Shown: positions 10,027 through 18,844 of the stretch, in pieces
Position numbering within the stretch: position 1 is the stretch's first letter
How the letters are laid out: every line of letters begins with the position of its first letter
Assembly: GCA_046314355.1 (NCBI GenBank)
Contig: JBKBWQ010000001.1
Span: 1,344,001-1,408,000 of the forward strand
From: Candidatus Altimarinota bacterium
GTDB lineage: Bacteria > Patescibacteriota > Gracilibacteria > 1-14-2-50-48-13
Length of the DNA stretch: 64,000 nt
Direction: 5' to 3'
Translations under genes and position numbers: made by a program
The notes under the pieces: generated by a model
Databases searched by the model: none
What the model was told of the DNA's origin: nothing
What the model saw: the letters and a program-made list of their open reading frames with translations, nothing else

Positions 10027-10124
10027 GAAAGTAATTAAGTAAGAGAGCAATTAGCTCGCTATAATTAGATACGCATTATTGAGCCCAATTACTCTCTTAC
10101 TTAATTATTCAATTACTTTCTTAC
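10022..10124. repeat. Inverted array of short AGTAATTA/AGTAAGAA repeats
   Basis: GTAAGAAAGTAATTAAGTAAGAG...CTCTTACTTAATTATTCAATTACTTTCTTAC; related arrays at 10947, 13465 and 38781. Confidence 0.7.
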
Positions 10125-10133
10125 TTCTTTCCC

Positions 10134-10162
10134 TTGACTCTTCCCCCCACTTTAAATAAGAT
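10134..10162 (+). promoter_or_regulatory. sigma70-type promoter of the tRNA pair
   Basis: TTGACT-N17-TAAGAT upstream of tRNA-Thr. Confidence 0.6.
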
Positions 10163-10195
10163 AAACACGCTTTTAAAAATTTGGAAGCACTAAGT

Positions 10196-10271
10196 GCCAC
10201 TTTAGCTCAGCTGGTAGAGCTACTGTCTTGTAAACAGTAGGTCGTCGGTTCGAATCCGACAAGTGGCTCCA
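10196..10271 (+). tRNA. tRNA-Thr(TGT)
   Basis: Cloverleaf; anticodon arm ACTGT-CT-TGT-AA-ACAGT, GGTTCGAATCC T-arm, encoded CCA. Confidence 0.97.
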
Positions 10272-10356
10272 GTAGAGGTTATCATCATAAGGAATGGTCG
10301 CTTGTACTGGAGCTATACTGATGAGAAGAGTTTAAGGAAACAGAGAAATAACCCCC

Positions 10357-10442
10357 GGGCAGATTCCAGAGCGGTCAAATGGGGCGGACTGTAAATCCGT
10401 TGGCTTACGCCTTCGAAGGTTCAAATCCTTCTCTGCCCACCA
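10357..10442 (+). tRNA. tRNA-Tyr(GTA)
   Basis: GGGCAGA acceptor stem, CT-GTA-AA anticodon loop, long variable arm, encoded CCA. Confidence 0.97.
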
Positions 10443-10590
10443 TTCTTCGCTTCTACACGAAGCTACGAACGGCACAGCCAGAATGGAATGAACTTCATAA
10501 ATGAAGTTTTTTTATTATATACAGCGAAGAATGTCCCTCGTAGCCTACACCTGAACTCTAAGTTACATGTTCATCATGGCGAAGTGGGAC
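10443..10590. repeat. Inverted pair of CTTCGC..GCTACG REP-like elements
   Basis: TTCTTCGC..AAGCTACGAA at 10443 and an inverted GCGAAGAATGTCCCTCGTAGCC..GGCGAAGTGGGAC at 10523-10590; same family at 62719. Confidence 0.55.
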
Positions 10591-10701
10591 ACCCAAACAT
10601 GAAGTTAAGCTGTATATTGGTAGCCTTTTAATAGTCATTAAAATACCACGAATCTCTTTCCCTGAGAGCAAAAGCATAACGCTGATACTACAGCCGATTT
10701 C

Positions 10702-10917
10702 CGGCGCATACTTCTTCGGTCACTTTCACGACGATCCGAAACACCTTTTAGCGTGTCTTTTGCTACTTTCAACAAACATTATAAACTGAAAAACCTCACT
10801 ATCATAGTATTGTAGAGAAGGTATACATTACGCTACGAGGTCTTGGAATACTTGTGGTAGATGGTCAGGAAATTGAAATGAAGCCTGAGACAATGATTCA
10901 TATTCAACCAAATTCCT
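10702..10917 (+). pseudogene. Cupin-domain gene remnant
   Basis: 10785-10916 translates as TEKPHYHSIVEKVYITLRGLGILVVDGQEIEMKPETMIHIQPNS (cupin motifs). The upstream part is in another frame and there is no start codon. Confidence 0.6.
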
Positions 10918-11144
10918 TAATTGCTTTTAGATCGCGTTTGACGCGACTCTCATACTTAATTACTTTCTTACTGTCCCACTTTCCCCTTGCATCTGATCTC
11001 GACTTCTTGTAAAAAGAATACATATGGGGTATACTTTTATGAACAGTAAAAGATACGATATCTACTAAGAAATTTTTAAGAGAAATCGACGAGCCTTGAA
11101 TTAGAACAACTGTATCAATCTGTAATTTAAATATTTATATATAT

Positions 11145-11323
11145 TCTATCCCCGTTGTGACTACGGAGATTATCCGAAATTCTTTGATAGGAAGGGTGTA
11201 AGAAAACTGGACATGTACTTTTTTCTTATCCTTCCACAGCTAAAGTGAGCCTTAAACAAGCAGTGTAAACAAGTGGCATGCGCCATACTATTTGCATGGA
11301 TAACCATGGGACAACTGGGTAGA
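11145..11323 (+). ncRNA. Candidate structured 5' leader RNA of rnj
   Basis: Terminal pairing TCTATCC.GTTGT / ACAAC.GGGTAGA encloses at least four hairpins. Confidence 0.4.
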
Positions 11324-11337
11324 TAACTTCAAAAGTT

Positions 11338-13464
11338 ATGCAAGATCCAATCAACACAAATCCAATACCGGAAGGTATGCCAAGTAACGGTACTCCGCCG
11401 ATCAGAAGATCACGGGAGATTAAACGTACTATTACAAAGAGTACTGGACATCAGAGAAGAATTCCTCCTGTATCTACAGATATGCAGAGACAGGGATTTA
11501 TTCCTTCGACTCCTCTTGTAAGAAGACCAGAGGGCACACAAGATAGAGGACCTGTAAAGGTTGACTATCCTCCTCGGACGCCAAGTTCATCTGTGACTCC
11601 AAATGCTCAGACATCAGAGCCTCGTACAGAACAGAAGCCGGGATTTTTCTCACGTATGAGAAATAATTTTACGCGCTCAAATACACCTCAAACTCAAACT
11701 CCTGACAGAACTATGCCTGCAATGACACCTGCGGCTCAGCCAGTTCCTCAACAGAGAGAGTATGATGTGAATACTACTCCTATGCGTATTATGCCTGTAG
11801 GTGGTCTTGATGAAGTGGGAGGTAATAGTATGCTCGTGGAATACGGCAATGATATTGCTATTATTGACTATGGTTTCCTTTTTCCAGGGACTGAACTTCC
11901 AGGTGTCGACTTTATTATTCCAGATCTCACTTATGTAGAGAAGAATCTTCATAAGCTACGAGGTTTTATCATTACGCATGCGCATCTTGATCATATCGGA
12001 GCACTGCCGCATATTCTGGCAAAACTAAATTTTCCGCCTATTTATGCGACAAAATTTACGATGGGAATGATCAAAAAAGGTCTTGATGAAGCAAAAATTC
12101 TAAAAATCATGCAGCCTAAGCTTCATATAGTAGATAGAGATATTCCTATTCAGATGGGAAAGATTACTTTTGAGTACTTCAAAGTAAGTCATTCTATTCC
12201 TGACTGTTCAGGAGTATATATCCAGACTCCTGCAGGTACAGCAGTACATACGGGTGACTTCAAATTTGACTTCAATCCTGCAGACGGAGGACATGCTGAT
12301 CTAGAGAAGATGGCAAGAATAGGCGAGAGAGGTGTAGATCTTCTTATGGCAGACAGTACAAATGCTACTCATGAAGGATTCTCCATATCTGAAATGGAAG
12401 TGGTAAAATCTCTTGAGAAACTCATCGTGGAGGCTGAAGGGAAACGTATTATTATTGCAACCTTCTCATCACTTCTCGGGCGTCTGCAGCAGCTTATTAA
12501 TATTGCTGAGAAATACGACCGTACAATTTTTGTGAACGGACGAAGTATGATCAACAATCTCGTACTTGCGAGAGAGATGGAAGTAGTAAAATTCAAAAAA
12601 GAGCGTGTACGAAGAGTAACTGCAAATATTAAAGATACTCCTCCAGAAAAAACTATTATCCTTACTACAGGAAGTCAGGGAGAAGAAATGGCAGGACTCA
12701 CACGTATGGCGCTTGGATCTCATCAGCATATCCAGATTAGCCGGGAAGATGTGGTGATCGTAGCTGCGAAGCCTATCCCAGCCACTGGTAATGATAGAAA
12801 GCTCGTAAATGTGATCAACTTTATCACGAGAAGAGAAGCTAAGGTCATCTGTACCTTTAATAATACAGCTCTACTTCATACATCAGGACATGCCTTCAGA
12901 GGGGAACTCCGTATGATGATGAAGCTTATGAAGCCTAAAAATATTATGCCGATCCATGGAGAGCTCTTCATGCGGGTAGCTCATAGACAGCTTGGTATTA
13001 ATCTTGGTATTCCAGAGAAAAATGCACATCTCATTGATAATGGTGAGATCATGGAGATCTTGAACGGTCAGGTAACAAAATCCACAGATAAGATCAAACT
13101 TCTTGATCAGATCTCGGATAACGGAATGATCGGAGCCATCAATGATCCAATCATTATGGAAAGACTTACTCTTATGGAAGAGGGAGTAGTTACAGTACTT
13201 TTCAAAGTACGAAGATCTGATAGAACTCTTCTTGCAACTCCTAAGATCATATCTCGAGGATTCGTCCTCAGAGCTGGGCTTCAGAGAATCTATGACGAAC
13301 TTGAAAAATCAGCTAAAAATAGCTATGAGAAACTTCTCAAGAGATCTATGCAGCAGGATAAGAGAAAGGATATTATTCACCTCTTGAAGGCGGAACTCTC
13401 CAGATTCCTTGTGCAGAAGTTCGATAAGAAACCATTGATTATACCAGTTATAATTGAGATATAA
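11338..13464 (+). CDS. rnj: Ribonuclease J with long disordered N-terminal extension
   Basis: GGLDEVGGN, THAHLDHIGA, HSIPD, HTGDFKFD, TGSQGE, HTSGHA and PIHGE motifs. Confidence 0.95.
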   Translation: MQDPINTNPIPEGMPSNGTPPIRRSREIKRTITKSTGHQRRIPPVSTDMQRQGFIPSTPLVRRPEGTQDRGPVKVDYPPRTPSSSVTPNAQTSEPRTEQKPGFFSRMRNNFTRSNTPQTQTPDRTMPAMTPAAQPVPQQREYDVNTTPMRIMPVGGLDEVGGNSMLVEYGNDIAIIDYGFLFPGTELPGVDFIIPDLTYVEKNLHKLRGFIITHAHLDHIGALPHILAKLNFPPIYATKFTMGMIKKGLDEAKILKIMQPKLHIVDRDIPIQMGKITFEYFKVSHSIPDCSGVYIQTPAGTAVHTGDFKFDFNPADGGHADLEKMARIGERGVDLLMADSTNATHEGFSISEMEVVKSLEKLIVEAEGKRIIIATFSSLLGRLQQLINIAEKYDRTIFVNGRSMINNLVLAREMEVVKFKKERVRRVTANIKDTPPEKTIILTTGSQGEEMAGLTRMALGSHQHIQISREDVVIVAAKPIPATGNDRKLVNVINFITRREAKVICTFNNTALLHTSGHAFRGELRMMMKLMKPKNIMPIHGELFMRVAHRQLGINLGIPEKNAHLIDNGEIMEILNGQVTKSTDKIKLLDQISDNGMIGAINDPIIMERLTLMEEGVVTVLFKVRRSDRTLLATPKIISRGFVLRAGLQRIYDELEKSAKNSYEKLLKRSMQQDKRKDIIHLLKAELSRFLVQKFDKKPLIIPVIIEI

Positions 13465-13566
13465 GGGCTCGAGTAATTAGGGCTCAATAATTGGGCTGCA
13501 ATAATTGAGCTCAATTACTTAATTATGTGCAACCAATTACTCAATTATTTAGTTACTAAATTACTT
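13465..13566. repeat. Inverted array of short GTAATT/ATAATTG repeats
   Basis: GAGTAATTAGGGCTCAATAATTGGG...CAATTACTTAATT...CAATTACTCAATTATT. Confidence 0.6.
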
Positions 13567-13568
13567 TC

Positions 13569-13883
13569 ATGAACCGACCAACAATAACCGAAGACATGAT
13601 CGTTGCCGAGATCATTGAGCAGCATCCAGAAGTAGTAGACGTCCTTTTCAATCACGGAATTCAGTGTTTCGGATGTGGTGCATCTACGTCAGAAACGATA
13701 GGAGACGGATATAGAGGTCACTACGGACCAGATTCAGACGTAAAATCCTTTATGGAGGAGATCAACGCTGCAGTCATCGTAGAGACATGCTACAAATGTG
13801 AGCAGGTCTCATCGTATGATGAACCGCTTTTTAGAGCACTTGTAGGAGGTCAGGAGAAGTGGGTGTGCAAAGGGTGCTTCTAA
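13569..13883 (+). CDS. DUF1858 (redox disulfide) domain protein with C-terminal CxxC..CxxC
   Basis: ITEDMIVAEII..HP..L..HGIQCFGC..S..ETI motif; CYKC and CKGC in the tail. Confidence 0.8.
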   Translation: MNRPTITEDMIVAEIIEQHPEVVDVLFNHGIQCFGCGASTSETIGDGYRGHYGPDSDVKSFMEEINAAVIVETCYKCEQVSSYDEPLFRALVGGQEKWVCKGCF

Positions 13884-14108
13884 AGGATAAGAATTAGGGA
13901 GATGCCTTATCCTTAATTCTCATCCTGATCCTCATCCTAAATGGTCCAACGCAGCTTCACTTATCGCTCAGCTCTACAGTAAAATTAAAAGCGCATACCA
14001 AGAGGTATCCGCTTTTTTATCAGAGTTTATCATGAATAACTTGCCAATCTAATGACAAGTTTATACCATGTAGGCAAATGTAGTTCTATTTATTTTTGTT
14101 CGCTTGGT

Positions 14109-14675
14109 ATGAAAATTATTCTTGGTTCCTCCTCAAAATGGAGACAGCAGATACTGCAGGAGGCAGGTATTGAGTTCACGGTATGCAGTCCGGATATTGA
14201 TGAAAAAGCAATACGTCATGAGGATCCAAAAGAACTTGTGAGACTCATTGCTCATGCTAAAAATGATGCAGTTTTGCTTAAAATCCAGGACCCAAGTTTA
14301 GTCATTACTTCAGATCAGGTAACAGTCTTTGAAGGGGTGATTCGTGAAAAACCTGAGTCTGAAGAAGAAGCAAGAATGTTTTTGAGAAGTTATAGCAATG
14401 CGATGGTACAGACTGTAACAGGTGTTTGTGTCAGCAACACTGAAACTAAAGAATTGAGAGAAGGTATGGATGTGGCAGAAGTATATTTTGATACTATACC
14501 TGATCATGCCATTGATCTTCTCATACGGCAGGGAGATGTGATGACCTGTGCTGGAGGATTTGTCACTGATAATCCTCTTCTAGATCCGTATGTAAAAGAA
14601 ATACGTGGAGCAAAAGACAGTGTTATTGGTATGCCTCTAGAACTTACGCTGAGTTTGTTAAAGCAGGTACAGTAA
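14109..14675 (+). CDS. maf: Maf family nucleoside triphosphate pyrophosphatase
   Basis: IILGSSSKWR, DIDEK, SDQV, EKP, AGG and VIGMP motifs. Confidence 0.9.
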   Translation: MKIILGSSSKWRQQILQEAGIEFTVCSPDIDEKAIRHEDPKELVRLIAHAKNDAVLLKIQDPSLVITSDQVTVFEGVIREKPESEEEARMFLRSYSNAMVQTVTGVCVSNTETKELREGMDVAEVYFDTIPDHAIDLLIRQGDVMTCAGGFVTDNPLLDPYVKEIRGAKDSVIGMPLELTLSLLKQVQ

Positions 14676-14736
14676 GACTAATTTTTCCCTAGGTCAGCTA
14701 ATGTGCTATACTATACTCTATAGCACTTCTTTTTTT

Positions 14737-15426
14737 ATGAAAAAACAACTCCCTTCAGTCACTCTCCTTGGTCTCGATTGTCTCGATATTGACCGCCTCA
14801 TTCAAGCCGCAGAGATCTGTAAAAAAGACTTTGAATTTGCAGATGTAAAACTTCTTACCTCACTCCCAAGCACACACGAGAGTATAGTTCCAATAGAAAC
14901 TATCGATCGCATCTCAAAGTACTCAAATTTCATGATTCATAAGGTAAATTCTTATGTAGAGACAAGTCATGTGCTCATCATTCAGTATGACGGATTTATC
15001 TTAAATCCTGCAGCATGGACTGATGAGTTCTTAGAATATGACTACATAGGTGCTCCTTGGTGGAGAAGAGGGGAAATGGTGGTTGGAAACGGTGGCTTTT
15101 CACTTCGTAGTAAAAAGCTTTTGGATATACTTCAGAACGACCCAGAGATTATTCCTATTCCTGAAAAGGAACCTGAGGATATCTATATTTGCTATGATCT
15201 TCGAGAGGTGCTGGAGAAAAAAGGAATCAAATTCGCGCCTGTAGAACTAGCAAAAAAATTTGCTATCGAGGCAAATGAAATAGTGGGTCATATATGGACT
15301 GATCAACTTGGATTTCATGGACTTAGGTGGACTGATATTTCGAATTGGACCACACATCATCCACAGTATAAAATTGATAATACTCTCGTAGAGATTGTGA
15401 AAGATGGGAAAATTGTTCAGTTATAA
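14737..15426 (+). CDS. DUF5672 family (glycosyltransferase-like) protein
   Basis: IQYDGFILNP..W.DEFLEYDYIGAPW, VGNGGFSLRS, PED and GFHG motifs. Confidence 0.8.
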   Translation: MKKQLPSVTLLGLDCLDIDRLIQAAEICKKDFEFADVKLLTSLPSTHESIVPIETIDRISKYSNFMIHKVNSYVETSHVLIIQYDGFILNPAAWTDEFLEYDYIGAPWWRRGEMVVGNGGFSLRSKKLLDILQNDPEIIPIPEKEPEDIYICYDLREVLEKKGIKFAPVELAKKFAIEANEIVGHIWTDQLGFHGLRWTDISNWTTHHPQYKIDNTLVEIVKDGKIVQL

Positions 15427-15446
15427 ATGAACCTTTAATAATAAAT

Positions 15447-16253
15447 CTATATTCCAAAAAATCGCCTCGCATTCTCCGTAGTTACTCTCTCTATCTCCCC
15501 CAAACTAACCTCCTTATTCTCCGCAATTTGCTTCGCTACGTCCACTACATACGCAGGCTCATTCTGCTTTCCACGATAAGGAACAGGAGCCAGATAGGGG
15601 CTGTCAGTCTCGATCATCACTCTCTCCAGAGGAACTACTGAAAGAATTTCTTTATAGCTTTCCACAGCGTTTTTAAATGTAATTACTCCTGTAAAAGACA
15701 TCATCATATTTGGAAATTCCAATACCTTTTTTGCCTGTTCCATTGTTCCTCCGAAACAGTGAATGACTCCTTTCATTTCCTGAGTTTTCTCTAGAATTTT
15801 AAAGAAATCCTCAAACACGTCTCCTCTAAGATGTATAATTAAAGGTTTGTTCACTTTTGCTGCAAAAGCCACATGTCCTTCAAAAAGAGCAATTTGGGCA
15901 TCTCGATGAAAAGTCCGATAATAATCCAGTCCACATTCGCCAATGGCCACTATTTTTTCTTTATGATTATGAAAGTTTATCTCTAGTGCCTTCAGTAGTT
16001 TTTCTACATGCTCATGAGCATTTTCTTCATCTTCATTAGAAAAGGTATCTGGATGATATCCAAGAGTATTATAGATCGGAAGTTCAGGTGTAAAGTGTGT
16101 AGCTGTCCATTTTATATTATCTACTTGTTCATCTTCGGCGCATGAGACATTTATGATAGCACCAACGTTAGCTATTTTTGCTCTGTTTAATACATCTTTT
16201 ACGCTGTCTTTGAAGTCTTTACAACCTATGTGTGCATGTGTATCGATAAACAT
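15447..16253 (-). CDS. tatD: TatD family deoxyribonuclease
   Basis: DTHAH, GYHP, AIGECGLDY, IIHLR, HCF and ETDSPYLAP motifs. Confidence 0.93.
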   Translation of the reverse strand: MFIDTHAHIGCKDFKDSVKDVLNRAKIANVGAIINVSCAEDEQVDNIKWTATHFTPELPIYNTLGYHPDTFSNEDEENAHEHVEKLLKALEINFHNHKEKIVAIGECGLDYYRTFHRDAQIALFEGHVAFAAKVNKPLIIHLRGDVFEDFFKILEKTQEMKGVIHCFGGTMEQAKKVLEFPNMMMSFTGVITFKNAVESYKEILSVVPLERVMIETDSPYLAPVPYRGKQNEPAYVVDVAKQIAENKEVSLGEIERVTTENARRFFGI

Positions 16254-16477
16254 TGGAAATCTGAAAAAAATATATCTTTAAATAATTATACTCCTCAAGG
16301 CAAGCTACCCTAAGCAAGCTTGTGTCCATAGCTTAACATGGAGACATAGAGCTTTCTATACTATCACCTATGTTTCTCTTGACAGAAGACCCTAGTCATA
16401 TTACATTCTGACCATACATTATGGTCTTTTTTAAGACATTTGTCACACAAGCATTTTTATTCTTCAGATATAGGCGC

Positions 16478-17563
16478 ATGGTAACTGCAGAACCGGTTTC
16501 AGATAAAATTTCCATCAACCTTTCCGATACACTTCAGGACCTATTTCTTGTCCTTACAGCCAAAGAAAAGGAAATATTGATAGGTAGATTCAGTCTTAAT
16601 AATGAACCAAAGAGAACTCTAGAGAGTATTGGAAGCAAATTCAATGTTACTCGTGAACGTGTGCGCCAGATCGAGAATATTGCAATCAACAAACTTAGAA
16701 GAAACGTTACTAATAGCAGTCTGCAGGAGATTAATGCGCTAGGAAAAACTATTTTGAAATCAGTAGGAGGACTTCTCCTTGAGGATAAACTTGTGAGCTA
16801 CGTATACCATCGTCTTGAGAATCCAAGTGAGTTTGATAAAAATATTATCCGTCTTGCTCTTCGTATTGATGAGGAGATTGTAAAGCAGGAAAAGACTAGT
16901 TTCTTTAATGTTTTCTGGTACACAAATACTATTTCAAGACAGGAGATTCTTGATATCCTAGAGGAAGCTCGAAAGAACTTGAAGCAGAAGGGAGATGTTA
17001 TTTCTGAGGAGACACTTATTGCAAAGATCATGAATAAGCTCAGCCTTAAGTACGATAACCTTACTCCTTCGCTTATCTCATCTACTCTTGAGACTGACAC
17101 TAGACTTAAGAGAGCAGATGACGGATGGGGACTTTCCTCTTGGAGACATATTAATCCAAAGAGTATCCGGGATAAGGCTTATATTATCTTGAAGAAGGCA
17201 GCAAAGCCTCTTCACTTCATAGATATCGCCAACAAGATTATTGACGCAAAATTTGATAAGAAGATGGTAACAACTCAGGCTGTACACAATGAGCTTATCC
17301 GGTACGACAAATTTGTACTTATCGGACGAGGTCTCTATGCTCTTAAGGAGTGGGGATATGAGTCAGGTACTGTATCTGATATTATCTCAGCTATCCTTGA
17401 AAAGAAGGGTGAGCCTATGACAAAGAAAGAGATTGTAGCTGAGGTACTGAAACAGAGAAAAATCAAGATTGGAACTATTTCCCTCAACCTTCAGAATAAC
17501 CCTAAGTTTGTACGAGTGGGACGAGCTGTATACACACTCTTTGATAAGATAGATAACGAATAA
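16478..17563 (+). CDS. Sigma70 region-4 / HARE-HTH (RNAP delta-like) protein
   Basis: N-terminal TLESIG..FNVTRERVRQIE; C-terminal PLHF..I...HNELI....FVLIGRGLYAL.EWG winged-helix repeats; no sigma region 2. Confidence 0.8.
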   Translation: MVTAEPVSDKISINLSDTLQDLFLVLTAKEKEILIGRFSLNNEPKRTLESIGSKFNVTRERVRQIENIAINKLRRNVTNSSLQEINALGKTILKSVGGLLLEDKLVSYVYHRLENPSEFDKNIIRLALRIDEEIVKQEKTSFFNVFWYTNTISRQEILDILEEARKNLKQKGDVISEETLIAKIMNKLSLKYDNLTPSLISSTLETDTRLKRADDGWGLSSWRHINPKSIRDKAYIILKKAAKPLHFIDIANKIIDAKFDKKMVTTQAVHNELIRYDKFVLIGRGLYALKEWGYESGTVSDIISAILEKKGEPMTKKEIVAEVLKQRKIKIGTISLNLQNNPKFVRVGRAVYTLFDKIDNE

Positions 17564-17577
17564 AAACTTTTTAAAAA

Positions 17578-17614
17578 AAGTGGCTCCGGGGATGCTCTCG
17601 GGGCCACTTTTTTT
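17578..17614. terminator. Bidirectional intrinsic terminator
   Basis: AAGTGGCTCC..GGGGCCACTT stem flanked by A- and T-runs between convergent genes. Confidence 0.75.
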
Positions 17615-17624
17615 TGTCTTTTTA

Positions 17625-18833
17625 TTACTCCTTTCGATTTTCCAGTTTAGCTTCGAGGAAGATCTCCTTCGTTCCTCTTTTCACTTTGAATTTTACCTTC
17701 TCCTCTTGTCTGTAGAGGGTGATGACATCGCTTAAGGTACGGTCACCTTTGAGCTCTAGTCCACCTACGGAGATGATGATATCTCCTTTCTGAAATCCTG
17801 CTTTTGCTGCAGGAGAATTTTTTACCACCGCATCTGTACCGTCTTCAGATGTAATGTAGGCACCAAAAGAACTGCTTAGTTTCTGAGCCTTTGAATTCTC
17901 CCGAGTAACCTTCACATACTGTACCCCGAGAAATGGACGCGGAATATAGCCGTATTTTAAATATGCTTTATAAGCTGCGGTTAAGTACTTTGAATGTATA
18001 GCAAAACCAATATTTTCTCCCTGAGGATCAAAGGCGGTGTTCATTGCTAGTACCTTCCCGTTACTATCCACGAGAGGACCTCCACTATCTCCCTGACTGA
18101 TACTTGCATCAGTTTGTACCATATCAAACAGTCTCTCTGATGAATTATCTTCACCATACGCAGTGAGGGTTCTTTTTAATCCTGAGATGATTCCCTCATT
18201 TACAGTATTGGAGTATTTGCCTAGTACGTTACCTATAGTATAAGCTGTCTGACCTACTTGGGCATTCTCAGCTGTATTTGCAAAGCTGAGAGACATGAGA
18301 GGCTTCAGTGTTGTGAGACGTAGAATAGCAATGTCATTCAATGGATCTTTTTGGATATCTTCTACTGCGTAGATAGTGCCAGTATCGTCTACGACTCCAT
18401 AATATAGATTAGTATCCTCAACGACATGCCTATTTGTCATGGCTACGCCGTAGCTTCCTATAATAAAACCAGTACCTTGAGTAAGAGTTGTGGATGCATT
18501 TACAGCGAGTATGGGAGTACTAATACTTGAGAGGCTTGCATTCGTAGAAAGCCGGTCCATATAGTTGCTTAATCCTTCCTTTGTGCTTACTCCAACAACA
18601 CTTACTACACTTTTACGGGCGATCTGCAGCATTTGTATCTTTGTATTTTCTGCAAAGCTCAGTGGAGTACGGATCTGTTGATCATTATTTACAACACTAA
18701 GAGTATTTGTACTTCCAGAGGGAGGTACGGTAGCTGCTGCCTGTACATAGGGAAGGGTATTGCTTATTGTACCCACTGCTATTAGCATAGTGAAAGCAAT
18801 CACATTGCTTTTGAAGGAGAGTTTTATAGACAT
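17625..18833 (-). CDS. HtrA/DegP-like trypsin serine protease with PDZ domain
   Basis: GTGFII, TNRHVV, DIAIL, QTDASI and GDSGGPL motifs; C-terminal PDZ (SPAAKAG..GDII). Confidence 0.9.
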   Translation of the reverse strand: MSIKLSFKSNVIAFTMLIAVGTISNTLPYVQAAATVPPSGSTNTLSVVNNDQQIRTPLSFAENTKIQMLQIARKSVVSVVGVSTKEGLSNYMDRLSTNASLSSISTPILAVNASTTLTQGTGFIIGSYGVAMTNRHVVEDTNLYYGVVDDTGTIYAVEDIQKDPLNDIAILRLTTLKPLMSLSFANTAENAQVGQTAYTIGNVLGKYSNTVNEGIISGLKRTLTAYGEDNSSERLFDMVQTDASISQGDSGGPLVDSNGKVLAMNTAFDPQGENIGFAIHSKYLTAAYKAYLKYGYIPRPFLGVQYVKVTRENSKAQKLSSSFGAYITSEDGTDAVVKNSPAAKAGFQKGDIIISVGGLELKGDRTLSDVITLYRQEEKVKFKVKRGTKEIFLEAKLENRKE

Positions 18834-18844
18834 TCTGAAAGTAT

